NCBI RefSeq assembly: GCF_964355755.1
Contig: NC_092674.1
Span: 17,856,001 to 17,920,000 of the forward strand
Direction of reading: 5' to 3'
DNA: 64,000 bases
Source of the DNA: Antedon mediterranea
Lineage: Eukaryota > Animalia > Echinodermata
This document shows, in pieces, positions 52,057 through 64,000 of this stretch. Position 1 is the stretch's first letter. Each line of letters opens with the position of its first letter. The position numbers were made by a program, and so were the translations under genes. Under the pieces are notes generated by a model. The model saw only the letters and a list, made by a program, of their open reading frames with translations. It did no database searches and was not told the origin of the DNA.

Positions 52057-52097
52057 CTGGACGTTTCGATCAATATGCTTTGATCATCCTCAGGAGT
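52057..52097 (-). ncRNA. Minimal (Penelope-type) hammerhead ribozyme motif with intact core
   Basis: Minus strand: actc-CTGAGGA-T-GATCAA-agcata-TTGATC-GAAA-CGTC-cag. Perfect 6-bp stem II, palindromic ACGT stem III, weak stem I. Confidence 0.7.
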
Positions 52098-52233
52098 GAG
52101 AATGCAGAAAGTCAGTTAATCCAAACCTCAACATTATTATGATTATGTTATATACATATTGTATTTTCTAAAAAGTTATTTTCCTATATCAACAGTTATT
52201 GATTATTACCTTCTTGTTTTCTTTATGTTACAG

Positions 52234-52337
52234 GAAATCCTGTATCAGCCATAGTATGCTGTAACCTTTTTATTTTACCTACATTAAAAAAGATGTGTTG
52301 CCACTTAAAACCTTTTCCTAAGAGAATCAAGGTAAAG
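52234..52337 (+). CDS. GPHN: Gephyrin exon g
   Basis: cag|GA NPVSAIVCCNLFILPTLKKMCCHLKPFPKRIKVK|gtatgt. Completes LPGNPVS with exon f. Confidence 0.95.
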
Positions 52338-52972
52338 GTATGTAAATTAATTACTAGATGTTACATAATACATAACATATATCAGATATACAAATAATGA
52401 CTCAGTTGTTTAGTTTTGGACACATTCAATATAGTTTATATTTATTTAGTCTCATATACGAAAAGCGTTATACCAACACTTCTACTTGCAACATATGAAC
52501 TGTATACAAAACAAAACATTCAAACTCATTCTCTGTCTAAATAACAACATATGAACAGCGTACCTTATAAACTGTGACAATCAACATACAGGCCATCTTT
52601 CAACCATAATAAAAACAAAATGTGTGTGTGTATTAATGTTTTTTCCGGTGGCGACTATTTCTCATTCTCACAGATTTCCTCATCTTTATCGTTTCAAATT
52701 AATTAATTAAATTTCAGTATATTACCGGGCGGTTTAGAATTAATAGAATCGATTTAGTGCACATATTTTACCATTGGTCTTAATATGATTTTTGTATGAG
52801 ACACACTTTGGTACATCTGAAAACCCAATTCTTAAGTGATTCTTGTGATGCATGTGGTATATTAGCCCTTGTTTAACAGTAGACTATCATACACATGACT
52901 CATACTACAGTATCCATTTGTAGAGTAATTGCTTAAATGAACAATAGAGGGCGGCATAACTATTTACAGTAT

Positions 52973-55900
52973 TTATTTATTTATTTATTTGTTCTTTCTT
53001 TAAACTGAAATACACTTTCAATACAAATGTACTGATTTCCAAAGTGGTTCAGTAAACATATTTACAACAAAAATAAAATATAAAAGAAAAACAAAAAGAA
53101 AGAAAACAGATATAAAACTATTTACAATTGTGAAGGCAAAAAGGTTAATACATATATGATTTCTATAGTGAAGATTTAAAAGTTGCCAAAGACATATTAT
53201 GGAGTTCTGATTTTATGTTATTTGGTAGAGAATTCCATAATTTAGTTGATCTATAAACAAAAGTTCTTTTACCCTGAGAGTTATTCCATAACGGAATAGA
53301 TAAATCATTATTACTTTGGGAGCGAGTGCATTTATTATGGTTATCTACAGTAAATTGAAATAATATTGTTAAGTATCTTGGAGCTATTTCTTTTAAACAT
53401 TTAAATAGCATTATAAGAATATTTTCATTCCATTTTTCTGTAAGTCTACTCCATCCAAGAGTATTTAAGATATCATTAATAGGGGTATACATGTCTACTG
53501 ATAACAATATTCTACCTAATCGGTTGATTAAAACCTGAAGAGAATCTGAAAAACTTATGTTACAATTGGACCAAACACAGCAACAATAATCAAATAATGG
53601 AATAATTAAAGCATTTGCTAACATTTTTAAAGTATACATAGGAAGATACATCTTAATACGACGAATCACACCGATACGTTTAGCTATTTTACAAGACATT
53701 TTGTCTATATGTTCCTTCCAATTTAGTTGAGGATCAAAAATGACACCTAAATACTTAAAAGAATCAACTCTTTCAATAGTTTCGTTATTATGAAGTAAAG
53801 TTATATTCTTAAATGTTGCCGTTTTCTGATTTGTGCTGAAAACCATAAGCTTGGTCTTATCAAGATTTAGTGTGAGTTGATTATGGTCAAACCATTCTAT
53901 AATTTTGTTTAGATTGATATTGAGTTGATTCTGAAGTATTAAAGGGTCAGATGAACTACATACAGTAAGAGTGTTGTATCATCTGCATACATCACACATT
54001 TACATGATAAAAATTCAGGAAGTGAATTTACGTATAAAATAAATAGTAAAGGTCCCAGTATTGATCCTTGTGGGACACCAATATTAACATTCATGGTGTC
54101 AGATTTTGTTGAATTTATACAAACAACTTGAGATCGTCCACTTAAGTATGATTTAAACCAGTGAAGTGCAATATCATTTAAGCCATAATTCCTTAATTTG
54201 GTAAGTAATATTTCATGGTTAACTGTATCAAATGCTTTCTTCAAGTCAAGAAATAAAGCAGCAGATGAAATACCTTTATCAAAGTTATCTAAAATATAAT
54301 CAGTAACATCTAAAAGAGTAGTTTCTGTAGAGTGACCTTTTCTAAAGCCCGATTGGGAGGGATTTATAAGGTTGTTAGTTCTTAAATACAAGTATAATTG
54401 ATCATGCACAGCACGTTCTAAGAGTTTTGAAAGTATGGGTAAAACAGAAATTGGGCGGTAATTATAAGGGTCTGACATATCCCCATCTTTATATACAGGA
54501 GGTGTTACCTTAGCTAGTTTCCATTCATCTGGAAATCTAGAACTGAACATAGAAAGATTACAAATATATGAGAGTGAGTCACAAATTATCGGAGCAGCTA
54601 GTTTAAGAAGTTTGCAATCAAAGTTATCAACACCCATAGCTTTATTAGTTGACAATTTACATAACTGGTTAAAAATGTAATCAGGGGTAAGAAGATCAAA
54701 TTCAAATTTGTTACCCGCAAAACAATTTTCTGAAGTGTTACTAGTATAACTATTGGAGTTAGTATTATTGGAATTAGTAAATTGATTTGCTAAAGAACTT
54801 CCAATTGAAGTAAAATGAGCATTGAAAACATTGGCTATGTCCTTATCATTGGATGTATAGTTTTTATTATTATCTTTATATACATTATTTATACTGGGTT
54901 TAGTTTTAGGTATTAATTTATTTATTGTATTCCATAATTTCTTGGGATTTTTAGCATTTTCGTTAATAGTATTTGTACAATATTTTCTTTTTAAATTCCT
55001 ATTTAAATTGTTAACTTGATTTCTCAGCTGTTTAGCTTTGTCCCAATCTTCAGGTTCATTAGTTTTGTGAGCTTTCTTATAATAGTAGTCTCTGTCTTTT
55101 GTTAATCTTATATAATCAGTGGTTATCCATTCAGGAAGTGATCCTTTCACTCTCTTTGTCTTTAAAGGGGCATGCCGATTACATAACTCACCAAATAAGT
55201 GTTTCCATAGCAACCAGACAGTGTTAACATTAGAGTAAAGCTTGATTTGATCCCAGTCAATACATTTTAAATCTTCTATAAATTTGTTTTGGTCAAATTT
55301 TTTAAAAGAACGAGAGGTTATAAACTTTGGAGGAATATGTGTTTTTTTAGTTTTTCGAATTAGATATATTAAGGAGTGATCACTTATTCCATGGCTTGAT
55401 ACTCCTGCTGTTGAAATATTACAATTAGTGACAAATATCAAATCTATAATTGTTTTACTAGTGTTAGTTATTCTTGTAAATTCATTAATTAGTTGGTTAA
55501 GATTACTATTTTTAGCTATTTTATTAATTTTTCTTGCGTTAGTATTATTATTTATATCTAAGTTAAAGTCTCCCAAGATCACAACATCATTATATAATGA
55601 TGTACTTTGTTGGAACATGTTGTCAAGTTCATTTAAATATTCAACTTTAGCATTAGGTGGTCTATAAATATTACCTATAAGTAAAGGTTTAGAATATGGT
55701 AAATTTATTTCAATCCAAAGAGCTTCAACATTTTCAGATCTCAGCTCTTGGATTTCTTTAAAGGCAATACCACTTCTAATATAACATAGAACTCCACCGC
55801 CAGCTTGAGTATTTGGTCTATCAAGCCTACAAATTTTGTATCCGTCTACTAAAATCTCATTGTTATCAATATTGGTGCATAGCCACGTTTCGGTTATACA

Positions 55901-57470
55901 AAATATATCATAGTTATATTCATGGAGAAGTGTTTTGACATTGTCTAATTTGTTTCTAAGTGATTGTATATTTAAGTGGGCAATTTTAAAGCCCTTTTTA
56001 CTACTTATTTCATAATTAAAATTGTTAAAGTAATTACAAAAAGGTAGTTCCATTAAAGCGTTTTGTATAAAACAATTGTCGCACCACCAATTATTAAGTC
56101 TGATTGAAGGATTAGGAAAACAAGAAAAATCATAAGATAATGAACAAATTTGGCAAGTAGTACACATTAAATTAAGAGTTTGCTTACATTTAGAAGAGCT
56201 ATTATTATAATTATATATACTAGTAACAATATTTTTATCAAGTTTAACATTTGCATAATCCTTAGTTAATGGAACAGAAGTATTAAAATTGGTTATATTA
56301 GTATTTGCACTTTGTACAGCTGTTCCGGCTTCAACTTCTTCGCCTACTTTTCATTGATCTTTGACATGTTTTGCTTTACAGTATTTCATTTTGTGTCCAA
56401 GTTGTTCACAGATATAACAAAACACTGGTTGACCATGACGGCAATTACTGCTAATATGTCCGGTTTCGCTGCAAAAATGACATGTAGGTGATTTCATTCT
56501 TTGCTGTTTCTTGCTGTTCTTCTGAAGGATTTGGATACTGTTGTTTATACTCTTGATGAGAGTTGATGTGCCACGTTGGTTCAAGTGTAGGCCATGAGAT
56601 GTGAAGTTAGACCTAGAACTTTCTTTCAAACCAATGGTATATGAATGATCGATGAAGTATTTTCCGTACATTTGCTTTAATGAATCATTGAGCTTTTCCA
56701 CTTGCATGTTGTAGTGGGCATTGTCAAAACGAGGGCATACTGCTGATACATACACATTTCCACCGGAAACTTTTGTCCACAACTCTGTTACAAGGTCAGT
56801 AAAGTCATTCTCTAGGCTTGTAAGATTAATGTCTGGAACAGCACAATCATTTGTACCTACATGTATTATGACATTTTCGATACCATTAAAATTTACCTCA
56901 TCCAACTGCTCATAAACTTGCTTAGTTGTAGCCCCTCTCATTGTTTTGACAGATGTTTGATGGAGGCCTCTAGTTTTAATATGCTTTAGCATTGAGTCTC
57001 CGATGATTAAATTCTTGTTGGTATTTGATGGTGTTCTATCATGGCTTTTGATAGTAACAGTTTCATTCATGATATCTGTCTTACGTTGTTTAGTTTCATT
57101 AGATCTAACCAGCTCACATTTTGCATCGTCTGATTGATCTTGACAGTTATTTTCACTGGACTCGGTGTCAAGAATTACGAAATGATTTGTTGGTTGTAAA
57201 ATTGCATCTTGAGTAGTGGTTGGTGCACTAACATTGGCAACTACATGTTTTGGTTGAACAAATTCATTGTTTGATTTTTCCTGAAAGCTTCTGAGTTGTA
57301 TTTCAAGACAGGAGTTTCGTTCGCACAGTTCATTAAAAGCCGATGTCAGCTGTACAAAGTTTGTTTGTAATTTCTTAAGTTCATAAACTTGTTTTTTAAG
57401 GTCAGCAATTCTGTCTTCTTGACTCCTGAGTTTTGATTTCAGTGTAGGTGATTCTTCCCATTGACCAGGG
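52973..57470 (-). mobile_element. L2/Crack/CR1-group LINE, near full length, inserted in the 3' LTR
   Basis: ORF1 56351..57070: SGNH esterase (IIGDSM, VGTND, GLHL) + 2 knuckles. ORF2 53163..56167: Cys-rich N-terminus, APE, RT (YADD), frameshift near 53960. (TAAA)n tail; GTAT duplicated at both ends. Confidence 0.93.
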
Positions 57471-57681
57471 GTATGATGTATACTATAGTGTTCAATACAC
57501 TACAATTCTTCCCCTTTAGATTCAATGGTAATAACATTTTAAATAGCATTAAGCTTTAAGGTATATCATGCTTGTTATAAGATTTATTTATTTATTTTTT
57601 TTTTTAAACTGTTCTGATAATAAAGTGTTTCAATCTCAAGTGTCCATTTATTGTAGTCTCATTATTTATATTGTTATCATG

Positions 57682-57976
57682 GTTTGTTTGTTTTATCTTT
57701 ATACTGGGTGACCTCTTCAGTCAAAGACTGATCTCCCAGAGGGCCCAGTTGGTGATCAGTGGCTGTGATGTACTAATACACCGGGGTAACCCCCTACTCG
57801 TCTCGAAAGATGTACTAGGTTCTTTAAAGTGCACACGAGCAAGTTGTGTACACTGGACCTACGGTTTATAGTCCTTATCCGAGAAGACTCGTTCTACCAC
57901 CAGAACCATGGAGTGAGTGAGCCTCGAACCCCTGCCAATGTTATGGCTACGTAATTACGGTTCCACTGTCTTAACC
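57682..57976 (-). mobile_element. tRNA-head Deu/Nin-domain SINE with L2-type tail
   Basis: Minus strand: GGTTAAGAC..GGGGTTCGAG head; gtcttctcggataaggactataaaccgtaggtcc..ttaaagaacc..gagtagggg..accccggtgt resembles the Deu core; stem-loop tail + (CAAA)n. Confidence 0.8.
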
Positions 57977-58022
57977 TAATGGTGATTATTGTTAACTGTA
58001 TTGAGTTATGTCTAAAGGTCCA

Positions 58023-61000
58023 TTATAAATCAAGTCTGTTAGGTGGTTTCCTGTTCCTCTGTGGGTATCTCCTTGGTGGTGGTTGTTGTGGAATCTCAAC
58101 TGGTTGTTGTATTTCCGGTGGTGGTGTTGGTGTTGCTGAGATAGCTGGTTCTAAATCAACAGGATCTATATCTGGAGGTGTCTCTAGATCTAGTGTTAAG
58201 CCACTGCTTAGAATTTGATCAATGTGTCTTTTCCAAATCATGTCTGGTCCAACTTTGACTTCATATGACAACTTTCCAGTTTTCCTATGAATAATTCCAA
58301 CTATCCACTTCTGACTCTTTGATCTATAGTCACGAACACACACTTTGTCTCCTTCTTTGAATTCTCTAAGCTTCTTTTCGCTAGTTGGTTTTCTCTGGCT
58401 TTCCTGGTTATTTTCAACTTTTTGACGCAAGTCAGGTGTAATGCAATCTAGTCTGGTGCGTAGTTGTCTTCCAATAAACATTATTGCTGGAGATATTCCA
58501 GTTGTGTTGTGTTGGGCATTTCTATATGCTAATAGAAAGTTTTTGTTTTGATTCGTTTCCTTCTTTTTCTGATTTGAGTGCTCCTTTAAATGATTGCACA
58601 AAACGTTCTGCTAACCCATTGGTTGCTGGGTGGTATGGTGCTGATTTGATGTGTCTAATACCATTATTCTTGAGAAACATTTCGAATTCTTCTGACACAA
58701 ATTGCGGACCATTGTCCGATACCAACTGCTTTGGTAGTCCATACCTCGCAAATAAATCACGCAACAGAGTTATTGATTTGCTTGATGTCGCTGTAGTCGT
58801 AGGCAATACCTCAGGCCACTTGGATTGTGCATCCACAACTACCAGATACATTATGTTGTTTATTGGTCCCGCATAGTCGATGTGGATACGTTCTCACGGA
58901 CTGCTCGGCCACTGCCATGGATGTAGGGGTGCTTTCTGAGGTTCGTGCAGTGTCTTTTGGCATCCACTACAGGTTTTTGCTAATTTCTCTATGTCAGCAT
59001 CCACTCTCGGCCACCAAACATAGCTCCTTGCCAATGACTTCATTTTTACAATGCCCAAATGTCCTTCATGTAACTCATCAAGTACTCTTGCTCTGAAAAT
59101 TGACAGTTCATCACGTCGTCTCCGGAATGGTTCAAACTCCGGATCACATCTCTTAGGCCAACCCTTCATTGTGTAATCATACACCTTTGACATTGTTGGG
59201 TTGTGTGATGTCTCAATCTTGACCTGGGCACTTGTTACAGGAAGTGGTTGAAACTGCATAGTGTGAAACACCTCAACCGGATCATCAGCATTAGCTTCAG
59301 TATTTGCTAATGGTAGTCGTGAAAGTCCATCTACATTTTTGTGGTTTTCACCTTTCTTGTATTCAATCTCGTAATTGAATCCTGACAAGTAAATTGCCTG
59401 GCGAGTTAATCTTGCAGCTGCTGTGTCAGGAATAGCCCTCGACGTATTGAAGATGTACGTAAGTGGTTTATTGTCTGTAACTAAGGTGAACTTTCGACCA
59501 ATCAAGTAACTGGTAAATTTCTTTACTCCCCATACTATGCCAAGAGCTTCCTTATCAGAGTTACCTCTTATGAGAGTAATTCTTCTCCGCTGCGCTCAAG
59601 GTCCTCGATGCATAGGCAATTGGTCGTTCGACTCCATCAATGTTGTGTGACAATATGGCACATAAGCCATATGGAGAAGCATCTGTAGCTAACTTAACAG
59701 GCAATGTTGGGTCATAATGTGTTAACACATTATCTGCTGTCACAAGTTGTTTGGGTTTATTAAACACCATCTCGCAATCCTTTGTCCATGTCCATTTTTC
59801 CTTTTTCTCTAACAGTTTATTTAACGGATGAATTTCTGTAGCTAAGTCTTTCAGGAATCGATGGTAATAGTTGATCAATCCCAAGAATGATCTGAGTTCA
59901 CTTATGGTTGTAGGTCTGGGAGCATTTCTAACAGCTTTAATCTTGTCCTCAGTTTTATGTAATCCATTTTCATCTATCACATGACCACAAAAAACGACCT
60001 TTTCTTTGAAGAATTCACACTTCTTGTCATTGAGGCACAGTCCTCTATCACTGAGAACTTTAATACTTTTTCTAGATTCCTTAAATGTTCTTCATGAGTA
60101 GTGCCAGTAATAATCATATCGTCAAGTAGACACTGGACTCCCGGAATACCATTCAGTATTTGTTCCATGGTCCGCTGCCATATGGCAGGAGCAGATGCAA
60201 TGCCATATGCTAGTCGATTAAACTGGAATAGCCCTTTGTGTGTATTAATGGTCAGCATGTTTCTGGATTCTTCTTCCATCTCTAAATGTAAATATGCTTG
60301 TTCCAATTCTAGTTTGGTGAACTTCTGTCCACCCGCTAAAGTTGCGAAAACATCCTCGATTCTTGAAAGAGGGTAGCAGTCCACTTTTAACTTTGGGTTT
60401 ACTGTAACTTTGTAGTCTCCACACAACCTGACATCTCCATTACTTTTTGGTACAGGCATTATTGGAGTTGCCCAATCACTAGTTTGAATCGGGGTGATGA
60501 TTCTCTGACTCTCGAGGTTCTTTAATTTGGCTTCAACTGCAGGTCGAAGTGCATATGGTACATTCCTTGCCTTAATAAAAACTGGTTGTGCACCATCCTG
60601 TAAGGTAAGTTTACCTTTTACACCATTCACCTTTCCAATTTTGTTGGTAAAGAGTTCTAGATATCTATTTAGCATGGCTGAAACATCAGCTTTGTTGTAG
60701 TCAGACTTCACTGTGAAGATGCTGGCCCAGTCTAGCTTGATATGTGTCAACCACTGACGACCAAACAACGGAGGTCCACCTCTTTCTACTACGTATAGTT
60801 TTCCATCGTGTTTCTGTCCGTTGTGTTCTACTTTGGCCTTCAAATACCCTTTTGTTTTCACTTCTTCTCCAGTATAAGTTCTAAGTTGAACTTTGGTCGG
60901 CAACAAGTCTGTATTTCTAAAATATCTCTCAAAATCTTCTGTAGAAATCAACGAGAGTGCACTGCCAGTATCCACTATCATGTCCAATGGAATATTATTT

Positions 61001-61095
61001 ATCGTTCGTTTTATCTTCACTGATTTCCCGACGTCTACATTATTAACATACATCATGGCTAGAAGGTTGTTTTCTTCTTCATCAACAACATTCAC
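58023..61095 (-). pseudogene. pol: Mag-like pol with several frameshifts
   Basis: VDTGS, RLCGDYK, LLDD, TDASPYG, LHEGHLG..C..C, VSDNG, TNGLAER. Confidence 0.9.
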
Positions 61096-61108
61096 TCGCT
61101 TACCCTTC

Positions 61109-61807
61109 TTAGTTTGGTGTGGTGTTTGTTTTGATCAGTTGTTTTGATTTACTCTGGCATGCAGTTTTGATATGTCCCTTCTTTTTACAGTTATGGCACT
61201 CAACTTCTTTGTACCGGCAGTCGTTTGCCTTATGACCACCCTTGTTGCAGCGATAACATAATTGCTGCTTATTATAGTGTTTCACGTTTATCTTGTTCAC
61301 AGTACTCCTGTTTGGTTCTTCTTTAAACTGTTGTTGTAGCGCTTTCGCTAATGTAAGCTTTGCCTCAGCCAACAGTCTTTTTTGTATACTGCCTGACCTA
61401 ATTCCGCAAACAAGACGATCCTGCAGGGCATCATTTAGCTGTGCTCCAAATTCACAGTGTTTGGTGAGGCGTCGTAAATCCGCTAAATAGGCCTGGATTT
61501 TTTCACCTTCATGCTGCTCACGTTTGTGGAACCTGAATCTTTCAGCTATAACTAGAGGTTTAGGACTCAGATGCCTTTCCAACGAATCCACAAGTTCCGG
61601 AAATGTTTTGGTTGATGGTAAATCAGGTGCCACTAAGTTCTTCAGAAGACCGTAAGTCTTAGGCCCTATCAAGCTGAGTACTGTAGGTACACGCTTGTCG
61701 TCATCCACGCCGTTTGTCGTGAAATATGCCTCTAGCCTTTTCACATAGGAGGCCCAGTCCTCTGCCTCGCCGTCATACGGATCGAGTCTACCAATTATAG
61801 TACTCAT
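61109..61807 (-). pseudogene. gag: Mag-like gag with two CCHC knuckles
   Basis: ERFRFHKREQ, LQDRLVCG, CYRCNKGGHKANDC, CHNCKKKGHIKTAC. Confidence 0.9.
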
Positions 61808-62302
61808 CTTAGCAGATTGTAGAATATTAACTATTGAATATTCTTACTCACAGATTAATATTCTTATTGACGCGCTTTCCGTTATATTCTCGTCGCCAAT
61901 TGTGGTATATTAACCCTAACCCAGTAGACTATCATACACATTACTCACTACAGTATCCATTTTGTAGAGTAATTGCTTTAATGAACAATAGAGGGCGGCA
62001 TAATTATTTACAGTATGATGTATACTATAGTGTTCAATACACTACAATGCACTTTCGGGTCACAGGTCACTAACCTATTTTTTCAGGCAATTTGAACAAT
62101 ATCTTTATTTTATGGCACAGTATTTGATGAAATATATAAATTCTTTTTTAATTAGGCTCAATTTAAAGCTGATGAATCATACTACACATTGATTATCATT
62201 AAAAGTCATTTTAGTCATTGTTTTACAAAATTATGGAAATAGACGAAATTACGAGACCCATCTTTTAAAACCAATTATTAACACGATGACGTCATCATCT
62301 TC

Positions 62303-62729
62303 GTCTTAAATGTACGTTTTATGGTAAATTATGATAAAAAGTGAGAAACAATGCACTAAGTAGCTCGCGGCGAATGACCTCTCGTGGACGGTCTTTAGGC
62401 CTGGCCTAGATTTGCCAGACTCCGTTGATACAAATTGAGGAAAACCCAGTATTTTCGCTGAAAGGTTAGGAGTCTTCCATTTGTTTTGGCCTCACGATCA
62501 ATCGAAAAGTGGGTTGAATTACTGAAGAAAAACAAAAATATCAATCCGCGCGCAATGTATTTTGGGATTTATAGCGGGCCGCTATAATTATTAAAATTGA
62601 CTTATTTTTCACATTTTTAACCATTTAAAGATGAAAAAAGTTATCGCAATAGGACCATATAGTATTATTTTTACATTAAATACGGTTTGTGATCTTAAAT
62701 TAGATCTAAAAAACGTAGGGAAGGTGTCT
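62303..62729. mobile_element. Kolobok-like MITE, inverted partial copy of 45469-46094
   Basis: Reverse-complement similarity throughout; ends AGGGAAGGTGTCT|TTAA. Confidence 0.8.
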
Positions 62730-62980
62730 TTAAAATCTAAATACAAGCATGATGAATGCTGCAACAATTGTTTTCTTTTCCCAATATCGATGTGCAAAGC
62801 TTTTTTAATTCAATTTGTAGGGTAAGAGTGTATTTTCAAAGTTCAGAATTGTGAAAACACTTTGAAAAAGATTTAAAAAGTTTAGAAGATTTGAATACGC
62901 TTGGACCTATACCAAAGTTATGTCTGCAAGTTCAGTAAATAGATACTGGACAACTTAATTAAAATCAAAAGAAGCTTTAA

Positions 62981-63311
62981 AGATGTATTGTCCCCCAAAA
63001 ACATGAAAAATGAAGATTAATTAAATCAGACTTTGAATAAGTTATTTTGTAGTTTTAATAAAGTTAATCACTTCCATAGAAAAAAAAATGAAAAAAAATC
63101 ATGTTTTCACTTATAAAATGACAAAATAAATGGTTAATTTCAACCAAAAATCCATTGGCTGGCAGCCAATTTGATCATTTTTTGCTTTAAATTACATTTT
63201 TTCAGGTAAATACAATTTTTGTTCGAAGCGGATAACTATTATGTTACACTAAAATGGAATATTCAACAAAAAATGTTGTAAGAATTATTTTTTCAGGGGG
63301 ACAATACATCT
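62981..63311. mobile_element. Kolobok-like MITE (331 bp)
   Basis: TTAA|AGATGTATTGTCCCCC ... GGGGGACAATACATCT|TTAA, perfect 16-bp TIR. Confidence 0.88.
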
Positions 63312-64000
63312 TTAAGAGCAGTAGTCTATAAATATCGACCTTTAGGTGGTTAAGTCAAAAAATAGATTTTCTTTAAAATTTGCACAATGAAAGAGGTTTG
63401 GTTGAAACATGCACAGATAAAATTATTTTTGATATCTGTATCTTGTTGCCATAGTAACGACCATTTTTTTAAATTACAGCATTTTCTTGTAAATTATCCA
63501 ATTTTATCTAGTTTGGAGCTTCACAACGTCTATGGTAAAACTTGAGCTGCGTTCTTGATTATATATATTCTATGGACCTTGTGTGAATGGATAAAAGGCA
63601 AAAACTTTGGGGAATACATTTTTGTTAAACTGATGTCACAACAGTTTGTATTTTTTCTGATTTCAGGATATTTTATTTGTAAAGTAATGGCATAAAAATT
63701 GAACTGAATTCAAATTGAATCAAATATTAAAACCTAAATGTAGAGCAAACATTACTCTATACATTGACATAAAGAATTAAATATTTGAAAAAGAAAAACT
63801 GTACTTATGGCTATTTTTTATCAAACCATACCCAAAATTGTTTAATAATCTAGAACTTGATGTTTTGTTAACTTATGTACGTACATATTCATAGCTATAA
63901 ACATGTGCATAACGATGCTTAAATGAATCAGAGTATAGGCATATCATATATTATATATGAGATATTAGTCATATCTTAAAAATAATATTTACATGTTTTA

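Larger units (their letters stand above)
52853..62046 (-). mobile_element. Full-length Gypsy (Mag-like) LTR retrotransposon, degenerate
   Basis: 5-bp TSD ATGCA (52848-52852, 62047-62051). 5' LTR 61901-62046; 3' LTR split into 52853-52972 and 57471-57504. PBS TGGCGACGAG (61889-61898) matches the tRNA-Ser(GCU) 3' end. PPT at 57505-57518. Confidence 0.93.

Noticed and set aside
52338-64000. Next gephyrin exon (LDPRPEYHR-like)
   Set aside because: Candidate acceptors near 62086, 63205, 63296 and 63666 do not translate to it; presumably downstream of the window.

Overview
AT-rich animal genomic DNA, probably a marine invertebrate (Deu/Nin-domain SINE; RTEX-, Academ-, Kolobok- and Neptune-like elements). 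The only host gene is gephyrin/MoeA on the + strand: seven phase-compatible E-domain exons between 12496 and 52337, with both gene ends outside the window. The introns are a stack of nested transposons whose boundaries can mostly be read from target-site duplications (TSDs). These are a very young sense-oriented Ty3/Gypsy element (2271-10827) inside an L2-like LINE, a Penelope-like element, a Helitron and Helentron-type HINEs, PIF/Harbinger-, pogo-, Kolobok- and Academ-like non-autonomous elements, Rex1, RTEX, Tx1 and L2/Crack LINEs, two more Gypsy elements and tRNA-derived SINEs. Most notable: (1) the young Gypsy has an HHDD RT active site, a -1 frameshift cassette and a chromodomain-like tail; (2) four minimal hammerhead ribozyme relics, with an intact core only in the antisense copy; (3) a virus-like 2A motif on a LINE; (4) a templated insertion and a micro-inversion in one LINE; (5) a Harbinger-like element with shuffled inverted arms. 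All family calls come from motif recognition by eye, not database searches.
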